Assembly (NCBI GenBank): GCA_049599475.1
Contig: JBMYOQ010000074.1
Location: 1 to 19,505 of the forward strand
Source of the DNA: Opitutales bacterium
Lineage (GTDB): Bacteria > Verrucomicrobiota > Verrucomicrobiia > Opitutales > JABSRG01
DNA: 19,505 nucleotides
Reading direction: 5' to 3'
The position numbers were made by a program, and so were the translations under genes. Every line of letters begins with the position of its first letter. The stretch's first letter is position 1. Positions 1 through 7,967 of this stretch are shown piece after piece. A model generated the notes under the pieces. It was not told the DNA's origin and made no database searches. It saw only the letters and a program-made list of their open reading frames with translations.

Positions 1-51
1 TGGTGCACTTTCACCCGCAAATTACTGGTGCATTTTAACCGCAAACCGACA
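1..51. mobile_element. Terminus of a probable IS21-family insertion sequence (element continues off the left edge)
   Basis: Minus strand from 51 reads TGTCGGTTTGCGGTTAAAATGCACCAGTAATTTGCGGGTGAAAGTGCACCA. It has a terminal TGT and two tandem ~20-bp repeats 25 bp apart (1-21 TGGTGCACTTTCACCCGCAAA; 26-45 TGGTGCATTTTAACCGCAAA), the typical layout of IS21 ends. No istA/istB in the window. Confidence 0.7.
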
Positions 52-101
52 TTCATGGGGAAGGGGGGATGGATACTTCAATTTGAAGAGGTACCATACA
101 A

Positions 102-129
102 ATGATTAAACGTATAAATTTCGAGTCAA
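102..129 (-). promoter_or_regulatory. Putative sigma70-type promoter pointing left toward an ATG at 56-54
   Basis: Minus strand TTGACT (129-124), 16-nt AT-rich spacer, AATCAT (107-102). The -10 match is imperfect. Confidence 0.35.
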
Positions 130-285
130 TTTGCCCCCTCAAGCCGCTATTGACGCGATATAATAAGGAATTGGCGCGATCTATTTCCGCGCCCCCAAGT
201 GAACACCCAGGCGATTCTGGGCTTTTTGATAAACCACCTTCAAAAACAAGTCGTATGAGGTGGAAAACTTAAGATTACATCAGGC

Positions 286-1608
286 TCAGGAGGCCTCTTC
301 GACGTATTCTCCAAACACCTTAAACTGCCCTCCCGGGAACGCCCGCCTGAGGTCATTTAAGAAATTCGCGGTATCCCCTCGTCTCGGGATAGAATACCCG
401 ATCAGGTTGAGGGAAGGTAGATTGTTGCGTCCACGACCGTAAATTTCCGTCGCGCGATCTTTCATCCAATCAACAAAGAAGTCATCGCCTTTCGCGACTA
501 CGTGTACCGTGGGCTTGTGAATCCCCCATGGCGGGGTGGGGTGCCTATAATAACGCTCGCGCACCTGAGCATCCATTCCTTTGGCGTTACGCGCGGCAAC
601 TTCTTCGACAGTCCCCCCACGAGCTCGGTCTTCCCGCCATTTTTCCACCGCGCGCTTGTGCTCTTCCTTTTCCTCATCTGAGGCTTTGGCGTAGGCCTTT
701 TCCCATTCAGCGAGGCGTTTCTCATAGGCTTTCTGTTCGGTACGGTTTCGAGTCCGCACTAAATCAGGTGTCCCATCGGTAATCATGAATATCGCATCCG
801 CCCTTTGCTCAAAGGCCGCGAGAAGCGCCATATCTGTGCGTGAGTTTCCACGAATCGGTTTAAATTCAGTATATTGCGGCTCGTAATTCTTCAAATACAC
901 GCCGCGTCGTGCGTCGGAGGTAAAACGCGAGCCCTGAGCATCCCAATAGGGTTGTATAAACTCAGACGCGCGCTGCTTATTTTCAGCATTGGCGAGGACC
1001 AAGCGATTACTCATCACGTCCAAGCCGTTAGAAAAAACCATGAGATTAAAGAGAGTCGCCGAATTCAGATCGTCGATCACGTCTTGGACTTGCGCTTTCA
1101 CGCGTGCGAAGCCTGCAATATCTCCACGCTGTACCTCGAGCATACTGGCTGCGACATCAACGATGATCACAATGCGCTCACCCTTCGATTTGATTCCAAA
1201 AAAGTCTACCGCGCTTACCCCCATGCGCAAACTACCGGAGCTCAGCCCCTGTATGCCACCAACACTATCTCCAAGGGTCGTGCTAATACCGACGCCTGGC
1301 GAGACATCCGACATCTGGATATCGATGTTTGGCGTGCTGATGCTATTAATAGCACGCGTCTTTATAGTCTTCTGCCGAGGCCGCTGCGAATTCTGCTGGC
1401 GGTCTTTGGTCTTCTGCTGGTTATACTTTACAACCGTCGGCTCGATAGGTTGCAGCGGCGGTGGTGCCTGCAAGGCAACCTCCTTGGGAGCAACATATTT
1501 GTAAACAGTGATACCTCCCATTATTACTAGAATAACCAAGTTCAGCACCGCTCCGATCGATAGAGCGACGAACATTTGGTTGTTTTTCTTCCGGGTCCGA
1601 CGATTCAT
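286..1608 (-). CDS. Membrane-anchored vWA-domain protein with TonB-like N-terminal topology
   Basis: Basic N-terminus (MNRRTRKK), one hydrophobic helix (FVALSIGAVLNLVILVIMGGITV), Pro/Lys/Gln-rich linker (APPPLQPIEP...QKTKDRQQNSQRPRQK) and Gly-rich spacer. vWA elements follow: FFGI...IVIIVDVAASM, FNLMVFS, RTDMALLAAF, AIFMITDGTP, LNLIGY, GGQF. ATG at 1608 preferred over TTG at 1614. Confidence 0.8.
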   Translation of the reverse strand: MNRRTRKKNNQMFVALSIGAVLNLVILVIMGGITVYKYVAPKEVALQAPPPLQPIEPTVVKYNQQKTKDRQQNSQRPRQKTIKTRAINSISTPNIDIQMSDVSPGVGISTTLGDSVGGIQGLSSGSLRMGVSAVDFFGIKSKGERIVIIVDVAASMLEVQRGDIAGFARVKAQVQDVIDDLNSATLFNLMVFSNGLDVMSNRLVLANAENKQRASEFIQPYWDAQGSRFTSDARRGVYLKNYEPQYTEFKPIRGNSRTDMALLAAFEQRADAIFMITDGTPDLVRTRNRTEQKAYEKRLAEWEKAYAKASDEEKEEHKRAVEKWREDRARGGTVEEVAARNAKGMDAQVRERYYRHPTPPWGIHKPTVHVVAKGDDFFVDWMKDRATEIYGRGRNNLPSLNLIGYSIPRRGDTANFLNDLRRAFPGGQFKVFGEYVEEAS

Positions 1609-1650
1609 AAGCAATGTTATGAACCGCTCTTCTCACTCGACTGGATTTAC

Positions 1651-1667
1651 TCGCTTAGGCTAAGCGA
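1651..1667. promoter_or_regulatory. Perfect 17-bp palindrome, candidate operator upstream of the vWA gene
   Basis: TCGCTTAG-G-CTAAGCGA. A 1-nt centre is too tight for an RNA hairpin. Located ~43 bp upstream of the vWA ATG. Confidence 0.35.
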
Positions 1668-1842
1668 AATGAAAGATTTTTGAGTATCCCTCATTTCGAT
1701 CAGAAAAACCGAGTCTAAGACGAACGGCTCACGGCACAAACGTCGGAAAACGGGCGTCAAAATTGAACGAATACGTACTCTTACCTATGAGAATACGGTA
1801 GAGCCCGTAGAGATACTGCCTCTCCAAACGGAGATCGAGATA

Positions 1843-2283
1843 TCAGGACCCGGCGCCGAAGGAGACCATAGTAAGCCCGGCCTCTGCGCATGCGTTGAGT
1901 ACATCAATAGAGCGCTGGTGAGGAGACTCTGGATCCGCCTGAATCGTGATAACGGTATCGACCCCCATGCGCCTATCCGAGGAAGCTAGACGTTGCAGAG
2001 TGATCCGCATTTCGGGAATATCTGGATCGAAAGCATCGTCTTTTGGCGAACCATTGAGAAGTAACTGCCCATCATCCAGGATATCGATGATGTGCTCATT
2101 CGGCAGGTGTTTGGGTTCAGATACTGGCGGGGTGTCCGCTGGCAACTGGAATCCCAAATCAGCCTCTTCCTTGATGAGCTGCGTAGTCACCATGAAATAG
2201 ATCAGGAGCAGGAACACCACGTCGATCATCGGTGTGAGATCAGGCTTATCTTCCTGGAGCAGAATGCTTTTTTTCTTGGCCAT
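1843..2283 (-). CDS. exbD: ExbD/TolR family biopolymer transporter subunit (copy 2)
   Basis: DLTPMIDVVFLLLIYFMV transmembrane signature with the conserved Asp; C-terminal ITIQAD...VLNACAEAGL. Confidence 0.93.
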   Translation of the reverse strand: MAKKKSILLQEDKPDLTPMIDVVFLLLIYFMVTTQLIKEEADLGFQLPADTPPVSEPKHLPNEHIIDILDDGQLLLNGSPKDDAFDPDIPEMRITLQRLASSDRRMGVDTVITIQADPESPHQRSIDVLNACAEAGLTMVSFGAGS

Positions 2284-2305
2284 TGATGATTAAGCGTGAT
2301 GCGGG

Positions 2306-2716
2306 TTACTCAGCTTGGAAGGTTGCAAAGACAATTTCAAAGGCACCGTTTTCGGCGCAGATTGCCATCGTATCGCGCACAAACTTGTGCGGCGTGTTGG
2401 CGTCCGCGCGAAGATACACTTTGTAGTTCGGAGTAGTCGTTACCTTCTCAAGGACAATCTCTCCCAACTGCGCCTCGGAGATAGGGATTGGGCCAGCGAA
2501 GAGTTGCCCATCCGCCGTGACCGTGAAAGTCGAGCGATTACCGACATCATCCGGCACTTGGGACTCTTCAGCGACAGGTACTTCGATCTCCACTTTGTCG
2601 GCCTGAATCACCACCGCGACGGTCATGAAGAAGACGATCAACAGGAAGACCACGTCAATCATCGGAGTCAGATCCGGACTGTCATCGCCATCGGGTATGT
2701 ATGATTTCCTAGCCAT
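2306..2716 (-). CDS. exbD: ExbD/TolR family biopolymer transporter subunit (copy 1)
   Basis: DLTPMIDVVFLLIVFFM signature; VYLRADANTPHKFVRDTM...GA. Confidence 0.93.
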   Translation of the reverse strand: MARKSYIPDGDDSPDLTPMIDVVFLLIVFFMTVAVVIQADKVEIEVPVAEESQVPDDVGNRSTFTVTADGQLFAGPIPISEAQLGEIVLEKVTTTPNYKVYLRADANTPHKFVRDTMAICAENGAFEIVFATFQAE

Positions 2717-2757
2717 TCGGAGTGGTAGTGGGAAACGGGTAAGTCAAATGACCCGAA

Positions 2758-3522
2758 TTACATGCGAGCGTTTCTTACTGCCTGGCTCAGGCTGAAGAAT
2801 ACGTCGCCCACCACACGGTTTACGGAAGAGGTGATCTTGCCGTATTTGTTTTTGAAGTAGTAGTAAAAGAGGAGAGCAGGGATCGCAACGATCAGACCAG
2901 ATGCTGTTGTAATGAGGGCCTCAGAAATGTTGTTCGCCAGGACAGAAGGATCTCCCATACCAATTGTGGAGATAGAGCGGAAGGCCTTTACCATACCGGA
3001 CACAGTACCAAGAAGTCCTACCATCGGGGCAATCGCACCAATAACCGAGAGGTAATTGATCAGAACGAATGCTCCAGACAACTCCTCCTCAGCGGCGTCC
3101 TCGACTGCGCGGTCAATCGCTGCTTGGTCCATCTCGCCGTCCACAATGCGGTTTAGACCAGCTGAGATGATGTTGATCGCAGGGCTGTTACTATCTTCGC
3201 ACACCTGCTTTGCCCCATCGATATCGAGCTGATTGATCAAAGGCTCAATCTCTTCAATTTCGCTCACCGAGAGGAAGGCTTTCTCACGCACGGCCATGAA
3301 GTTGTAAACGACCAGACCTGTTCCAGCCATCGACAAGAGGCCAAGAGGGATCATCGCTAGACCACCTTTGGAAATCAGATCGAAGATATTTGTATCAGCA
3401 TCTGAGGGCGTCTCGGCTGCAGTTTCGGTTTCAGCACTTTCCTCCTGAGCCATGAGGGATACGCTGCTGGCGATAAAAAGCCCGAGGGCTATGTAAGCGA
3501 GTTTTAGGATACGAGACTTCAT
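2758..3522 (-). CDS. exbB: MotA/TolQ/ExbB proton channel family protein
   Basis: KGGLAMIPL first helix; LSVIGAIAPMVGLLGTVSGMVKAF and ISEALITTASGLIVAIPA signatures; extra N-terminal signal-like segment and acidic linker. Confidence 0.94.
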   Translation of the reverse strand: MKSRILKLAYIALGLFIASSVSLMAQEESAETETAAETPSDADTNIFDLISKGGLAMIPLGLLSMAGTGLVVYNFMAVREKAFLSVSEIEEIEPLINQLDIDGAKQVCEDSNSPAINIISAGLNRIVDGEMDQAAIDRAVEDAAEEELSGAFVLINYLSVIGAIAPMVGLLGTVSGMVKAFRSISTIGMGDPSVLANNISEALITTASGLIVAIPALLFYYYFKNKYGKITSSVNRVVGDVFFSLSQAVRNARM

Positions 3523-3570
3523 TGTGTTATTGTTTAAAGGCTGGGGTTGGAAAATCAGAAATAGGGGTTA

Positions 3571-4719
3571 CTAGCCTGCGACATCTTCGTCATCAAGCTC
3601 ATCCGCATTTGGATCTGGGAGCTCAGCCAGGCGCAGTTCTGCCTCTTGGGCGAAGGGATCGTTTGGATAGAATTGGATTAATTCGTTGTAGACATTCCGT
3701 GCTACATGTGGACGCCCGACGGCTTCATACGCTTTTCCCGAGGACAACATCAGCTCCGAAATCCATTCTAGGCCCAAGCGAGAAAAGACGATGCCCTGGC
3801 TGATCGAGTGCATCGCTTCCGTGGGCTTTCCGTCTTGGATTAGGATAAGACCTTCAATGAGGCGCTTGAGGGAAAATTCGCGGTCACGCGGCTCATATTT
3901 ATCCGAAAGGCTCAGGTAAATATTCGCCGATTCCATATTGCCGGCTTTGAAGTAACAGTAAGCTGTCCAGAGGATACTCTCTTGGCGAAATTCGCTGTTT
4001 TCCAAAGTAAAGAGGCGCTCATAGATAGAGACCGCTTCCTCATACTGTCCCGCGGCTCTAAGTCGCTGGCCGAACTTCACCGTGATATCTTGAAGATCTT
4101 TGCGTTCCTCGGTCAGTGGTAGCTTTCCTAAATGTCGAAATGCCTGTTTGGATTTGCCCTGTTTAAGTAGCAATTCAATCAGACTCACCACCATTTCTGT
4201 CTGCTCAGCGGTAATGTTTTTGAAGTCAAAATAGCGCACCATGGCATTGGCTTCGGCAGACATTTCCTGTTTCACCAAGGCATCGAAATACGTCCGAACA
4301 AAGCGGTGAAAATTCGTATGCGCCTCATCAATATCGAGGGCCTTGACGAGGGGCCATACGATAGGACGGAGGGTGTCGACACCATCTTTGGCCTGAGTCT
4401 CATCATTGAGTTGCTCTAAGGCACGGCGCAAAACTTTGGTAGGGCGCACCTCTACTCGAGATTTCCCTTCAGCAAATTGACTAAAGGGAAAGGCGATCAT
4501 TTCGGCCGAATTCTGGGACTTGGGATAACGCACCAAAATCGAATTATCGATCACATCAACAAAGGTATATTGCTGCCATGCGGTATCACCGCGATTACTG
4601 ATCCGTATCGCGGTCGTGCGCTTGATCGCCTCCTCCCAAGGGTTGGCAAGGGCAGATACAGACAGACCACAGATGCCCGCGACTATCGCTAGTGTCTTAA
4701 AAATCTTTGGGGTATTCAT
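3571..4719 (-). CDS. Exported tetratricopeptide-repeat protein
   Basis: Sec signal peptide (MNTPKIFKTLAIVAGICGLSVSALA/NP). TPR-like helices (GQYEEAVSIYERL, WTAYCYFKAGNMESA, SGKAYEAVGRPHVARNVYNELIQFYPNDPFA). Acidic C-terminal tail. Confidence 0.85.
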   Translation of the reverse strand: MNTPKIFKTLAIVAGICGLSVSALANPWEEAIKRTTAIRISNRGDTAWQQYTFVDVIDNSILVRYPKSQNSAEMIAFPFSQFAEGKSRVEVRPTKVLRRALEQLNDETQAKDGVDTLRPIVWPLVKALDIDEAHTNFHRFVRTYFDALVKQEMSAEANAMVRYFDFKNITAEQTEMVVSLIELLLKQGKSKQAFRHLGKLPLTEERKDLQDITVKFGQRLRAAGQYEEAVSIYERLFTLENSEFRQESILWTAYCYFKAGNMESANIYLSLSDKYEPRDREFSLKRLIEGLILIQDGKPTEAMHSISQGIVFSRLGLEWISELMLSSGKAYEAVGRPHVARNVYNELIQFYPNDPFAQEAELRLAELPDPNADELDDEDVAG

Positions 4720-4733
4720 GATGCGCTGTGGAG

Positions 4734-7700
4734 TTAGTTGGTTACAAAGGTCTGGTAAAGTTTCTCAATATCTGGGTATGCCTCGGTCTCACGGAGTCCG
4801 GCGACTTTAATTGCCTCCTTTAGGGTCCGAGCCGCATCTTCACGCGCTCCCAGACTGATGAGCGCCTCGGCATCTTTTAAGTAGGCCAAAGCGGTCCATT
4901 CTTTAAAGCCAGAGAATGCCAAAAATACGCGCTCGAAATATGCGTGCGATTCTTGGTAGAGGCCGCGTTCGAAGAAACTCAACCCGATTTTGTACTGAAC
5001 CTCTGCCCGGATTGCCTTTCCGTAAAGCTGCTTATCCCTCAGCAGCAACTCGTAGTTTTCGATAGCTTTATCGTGCTTGCCATCGATTCGGTAAGCGTCC
5101 GCCAAAAGCAGAGTGGCATCGGTGACGCGGGCATCAAATGGATACCCTTCGCGCGCTTGGACTAAGTATGATTGTGCTGCTTCAAAGTTGGCGTAGCTAA
5201 TCTCAAGCTGCCCGTATTCCATGAGTGCACTGAATTGAGAAGCTTCATCTTGGCGGTAGTTCGCGATTACAGCCTCAAGAGCTTCTCGGGCGAGGGGTTC
5301 TAAAGACAAATCACCACTCTCGCGGATCGACTGAGCCATCCACACCATAACCGCAGGTGAGGCGTAATCGAGGTCTTCGCGAGAAAATGTCTCTACTTCA
5401 GGCTTCTTGCCAGCCGCTCGATCCAAAGCCATGCCCATGCGCAACTGCAGAGTCTTTCGTCCGTCGATCACTGCATCGGTCAAGATGCTCTGGAAGATTT
5501 CCTCCGGAGACTCCGGCGGGAACTTGTAGAAATCTTCCTTGAATTCGTTGTAGACCTCTTGAGCGAGCCCCTCTCCTGACTCCAAGGATTTTCTAAATTC
5601 ACTGTTACGCATCACGAGGTCGCGCACAGCCCGGTCGATACCTGGATTCTCTGAAAGGTATTCGAACAGTTTGCGACGGTTGGAGAGTATACTTTCCCGG
5701 AAAGCGCTGTCCGATATAAGTGATTCCAAAAACTCTGAGGTCGCCTTGAGGCGTGTGTAGTGCTCCTCATATTTTACTGGGAAGGCGTCAATAATCTCAT
5801 CTACACCGAAGCTCAAACGCTGATCACCATAGTCTTGGATCGCATCGCGATAAGACAACAAGGCGTCCACCGCACTTCCATCCATCTCATATGCGCGCCC
5901 TACTTCGTATATTGCTTTAGACAGATTTGGGCTCTCGGGAAATTTATCCAGGTAGTCTTGTAGGATACTCGCCATGCGGTCGAAAAATTCGTTTTCTTCA
6001 CACAAGCGAGCCGATTGAAAGTAGGCGTGATCGATAAAATCAAATAGGTCCGTGTAGTGTTCGACCTGCATATAGTGATCAAGGGCGAGCTCTACTTCGG
6101 CTTCGGAGGCATACAAGTCTCCGAGATATACATGCACCTCTCCAAGAAGAATACTTTCAGGGTATTTTTCGAGGAACGACACCATCGTTTCACGCGCACT
6201 CTCGAGATCTCCCGAGGCGAAATTCACAACACCGATACGGAATTCAGCGTCTTCCAGATAGGCCGAAGTCTGATACTGATCGAAAAGCTGGGTGAAACTC
6301 TGGCGAGACAAGTCATAGTCTTCCAAGAAAATACCTGCCATACCTCTCCAGTAGTAGAGACCATCCATGACGCGACCGCCGTCCATTGTCGCAATCATTT
6401 CACCAAAATCTCTAGAAAGCGCCTCATAGTCCCCACGTGCCGAATACGCATCCGCGAGCAGATAAATCATAGCTCCCGCGAAATCGTCGTTGGGATATTT
6501 CACGACAAATTGAGTGGCCAAGTTCCTAAAGCGCTCAAAGGGCCCTTCGGTCTTATAAACGTCGGCCAACATGAAGGTGACCTCTTTGATGTACTTATTA
6601 TACTTGTTGCCTAAAATGTAGGACTCTCCCAGTTCGATCACATAATCCGTGAGATCAATTTCGCTCGCCTGGACGAAGGCCGCATAGTGGTAATCTTCGA
6701 TCTGATCTGTGCGATCAGGGAAGTCGTTCAGAAGGCGGTAGAATGCCCAAAATGCCTCAAAATCGCGACCCGTTTGCTGGTAGGTTTGCGCTTTGCGCCA
6801 TTCCAATTCAGCGGAATAATCTGCGACTTCCTTGAGGGCCTTTACTTGGTTTTCGGCGTTCGTCAGATCAATGCGCAGCTTGCTTAGCTCCGACTCGCCC
6901 ATCTGATTGGTCTCGATCCAGTTAATACGCTGCTGCACGCGGTCGAGCACACCTTGGTGGTAAGTAATCAGCTCTCCCTTAGAGAGGACAAGGTTGTAGA
7001 GGAAGGACGCCTGCGCGTAGTTCTTACCCTTGGACAACTTATCAGCCCCCTCAATCAGCTTTGCGTTCAAACGAATGTTGTAACGAGCACTTGAGTCACG
7101 AGCCAACACCGGGACAAACGCCATCATTTCCTCAGGACGATTGGTAGCGATGTAAGCCTCTACAAGAGCGGTCGCCGCTTGGGACACGCGATCAGGAAAA
7201 TCCTTATACTCCATCTGCCGCTGGAACCAAGGGATACCCTTCTCCCAATTCTCAGTGACATAGTAAGCCTGCACAATCTTCTCAAGAGTCTCCAATTGGC
7301 GAGCGCTTGAAAGGCGATCGGACGCAGGAGGATTCATGGCCTGCTCCAAGACCGGAGCCGCTTCTGCAAACTTACCCTGAGCCCTGAGAGCATCACCCTT
7401 ATTAATCAAAACTACGCCCAACTGATTTCCATTGGGATATCCACTGATATACTTGTCACATGCATCGATTGCATCCGTCAACCAGCGCGCTTCTTGGGTC
7501 GCACCGTAGGTCTGTAAATTAGCAACGGACAGGAATACATAAACGCTCTCCAGCGCCTCGCCCTGCTGCTCAGGAGGTAGCTCGATCAAGCGACGCTCGA
7601 GCTCAACGAGATAGGGACGTGCTCTGACAAATTCACCATTCGCAACCAAATCCCGAGTCTCTGACTGCAGCTGACTTGTCGGTAAAGCCGTAACATCCTG

Positions 7701-7823
7701 CGCCTTCGAAACGCCCAATAGACCCAGCAAGAAAAAAAGTGTGAAACATTGGGACGCTTTCGACCATTGAAACAGTGTTGATCGACGATAATCCACAGAT
7801 GCTTGAGTGCTTCCGTACAGCAT
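4734..7823 (-). CDS. Large (1029 aa) exported tetratricopeptide-repeat protein
   Basis: Signal-like FTLFFLLGLLGVSKA/QD. Many TPR units (KGDALRAQGKFAEAA, AEFRIGVVNFASGDLESA...FLEKYPES, AIYEVGRAYEMDG, AEVQYKIGLSFFERGLYQES). Stop lies 14 bp before the next gene. Confidence 0.88.
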   Translation of the reverse strand: MLYGSTQASVDYRRSTLFQWSKASQCFTLFFLLGLLGVSKAQDVTALPTSQLQSETRDLVANGEFVRARPYLVELERRLIELPPEQQGEALESVYVFLSVANLQTYGATQEARWLTDAIDACDKYISGYPNGNQLGVVLINKGDALRAQGKFAEAAPVLEQAMNPPASDRLSSARQLETLEKIVQAYYVTENWEKGIPWFQRQMEYKDFPDRVSQAATALVEAYIATNRPEEMMAFVPVLARDSSARYNIRLNAKLIEGADKLSKGKNYAQASFLYNLVLSKGELITYHQGVLDRVQQRINWIETNQMGESELSKLRIDLTNAENQVKALKEVADYSAELEWRKAQTYQQTGRDFEAFWAFYRLLNDFPDRTDQIEDYHYAAFVQASEIDLTDYVIELGESYILGNKYNKYIKEVTFMLADVYKTEGPFERFRNLATQFVVKYPNDDFAGAMIYLLADAYSARGDYEALSRDFGEMIATMDGGRVMDGLYYWRGMAGIFLEDYDLSRQSFTQLFDQYQTSAYLEDAEFRIGVVNFASGDLESARETMVSFLEKYPESILLGEVHVYLGDLYASEAEVELALDHYMQVEHYTDLFDFIDHAYFQSARLCEENEFFDRMASILQDYLDKFPESPNLSKAIYEVGRAYEMDGSAVDALLSYRDAIQDYGDQRLSFGVDEIIDAFPVKYEEHYTRLKATSEFLESLISDSAFRESILSNRRKLFEYLSENPGIDRAVRDLVMRNSEFRKSLESGEGLAQEVYNEFKEDFYKFPPESPEEIFQSILTDAVIDGRKTLQLRMGMALDRAAGKKPEVETFSREDLDYASPAVMVWMAQSIRESGDLSLEPLAREALEAVIANYRQDEASQFSALMEYGQLEISYANFEAAQSYLVQAREGYPFDARVTDATLLLADAYRIDGKHDKAIENYELLLRDKQLYGKAIRAEVQYKIGLSFFERGLYQESHAYFERVFLAFSGFKEWTALAYLKDAEALISLGAREDAARTLKEAIKVAGLRETEAYPDIEKLYQTFVTN

Positions 7824-7870
7824 TGAGGTTGATTAAGCGAAGGGCTAGAAGTTCTGGAGGTAATTAAAGT

Positions 7871-7955
7871 TGGTACTCGGGGCGGGGGTCGAACCCGCAC
7901 GCCTTGCGGCACTAGATCCTAAGTCTAGCGTGTCTGCCAATTCCACCACCCGAGC
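7871..7955 (-). tRNA. tRNA-Leu (anticodon TAG), CCA encoded
   Basis: Minus strand GCTCGGGTGGTGGAATTGGCAGACACGCTAGACTTAGGATCTAGTGCCGCAAGGCGTGCGGGTTCGACCCCCGCCCCGAGTACCA. Anticodon stem CTAGA/TCTAG with loop CT-TAG-GA, long variable arm, GTTCGA T-loop. Confidence 0.97.
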
Positions 7956-7967
7956 GGGGAAAGATGA

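Noticed and set aside
1..45. Tandem ~20-bp repeats as a CRISPR array edge, or TGGTGC as a reverse-complemented tRNA 3' end
   Set aside because: Only a 4-bp spacer and imperfect copies, and no T-loop or cloverleaf. An IS21-type end fits better.
150..164. TTGACG and TATAAT as a consensus promoter
   Set aside because: Only 3 bp apart, so they cannot act as a -35/-10 pair.
874..1530. 218-aa and 171-aa plus-strand ORFs
   Set aside because: Antisense shadows of the vWA gene with no motifs.
1755..1760. Minus-strand TTGACG as the -35 of a vWA promoter
   Set aside because: No acceptable -10 at 16-18 bp.
52..7870. Genomic island integrated at the tRNA-Leu 3' end
   Set aside because: No integrase, no duplicate of the tRNA 3' end seen in the window, and the genes look native. 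A distant att site outside the window cannot be excluded.
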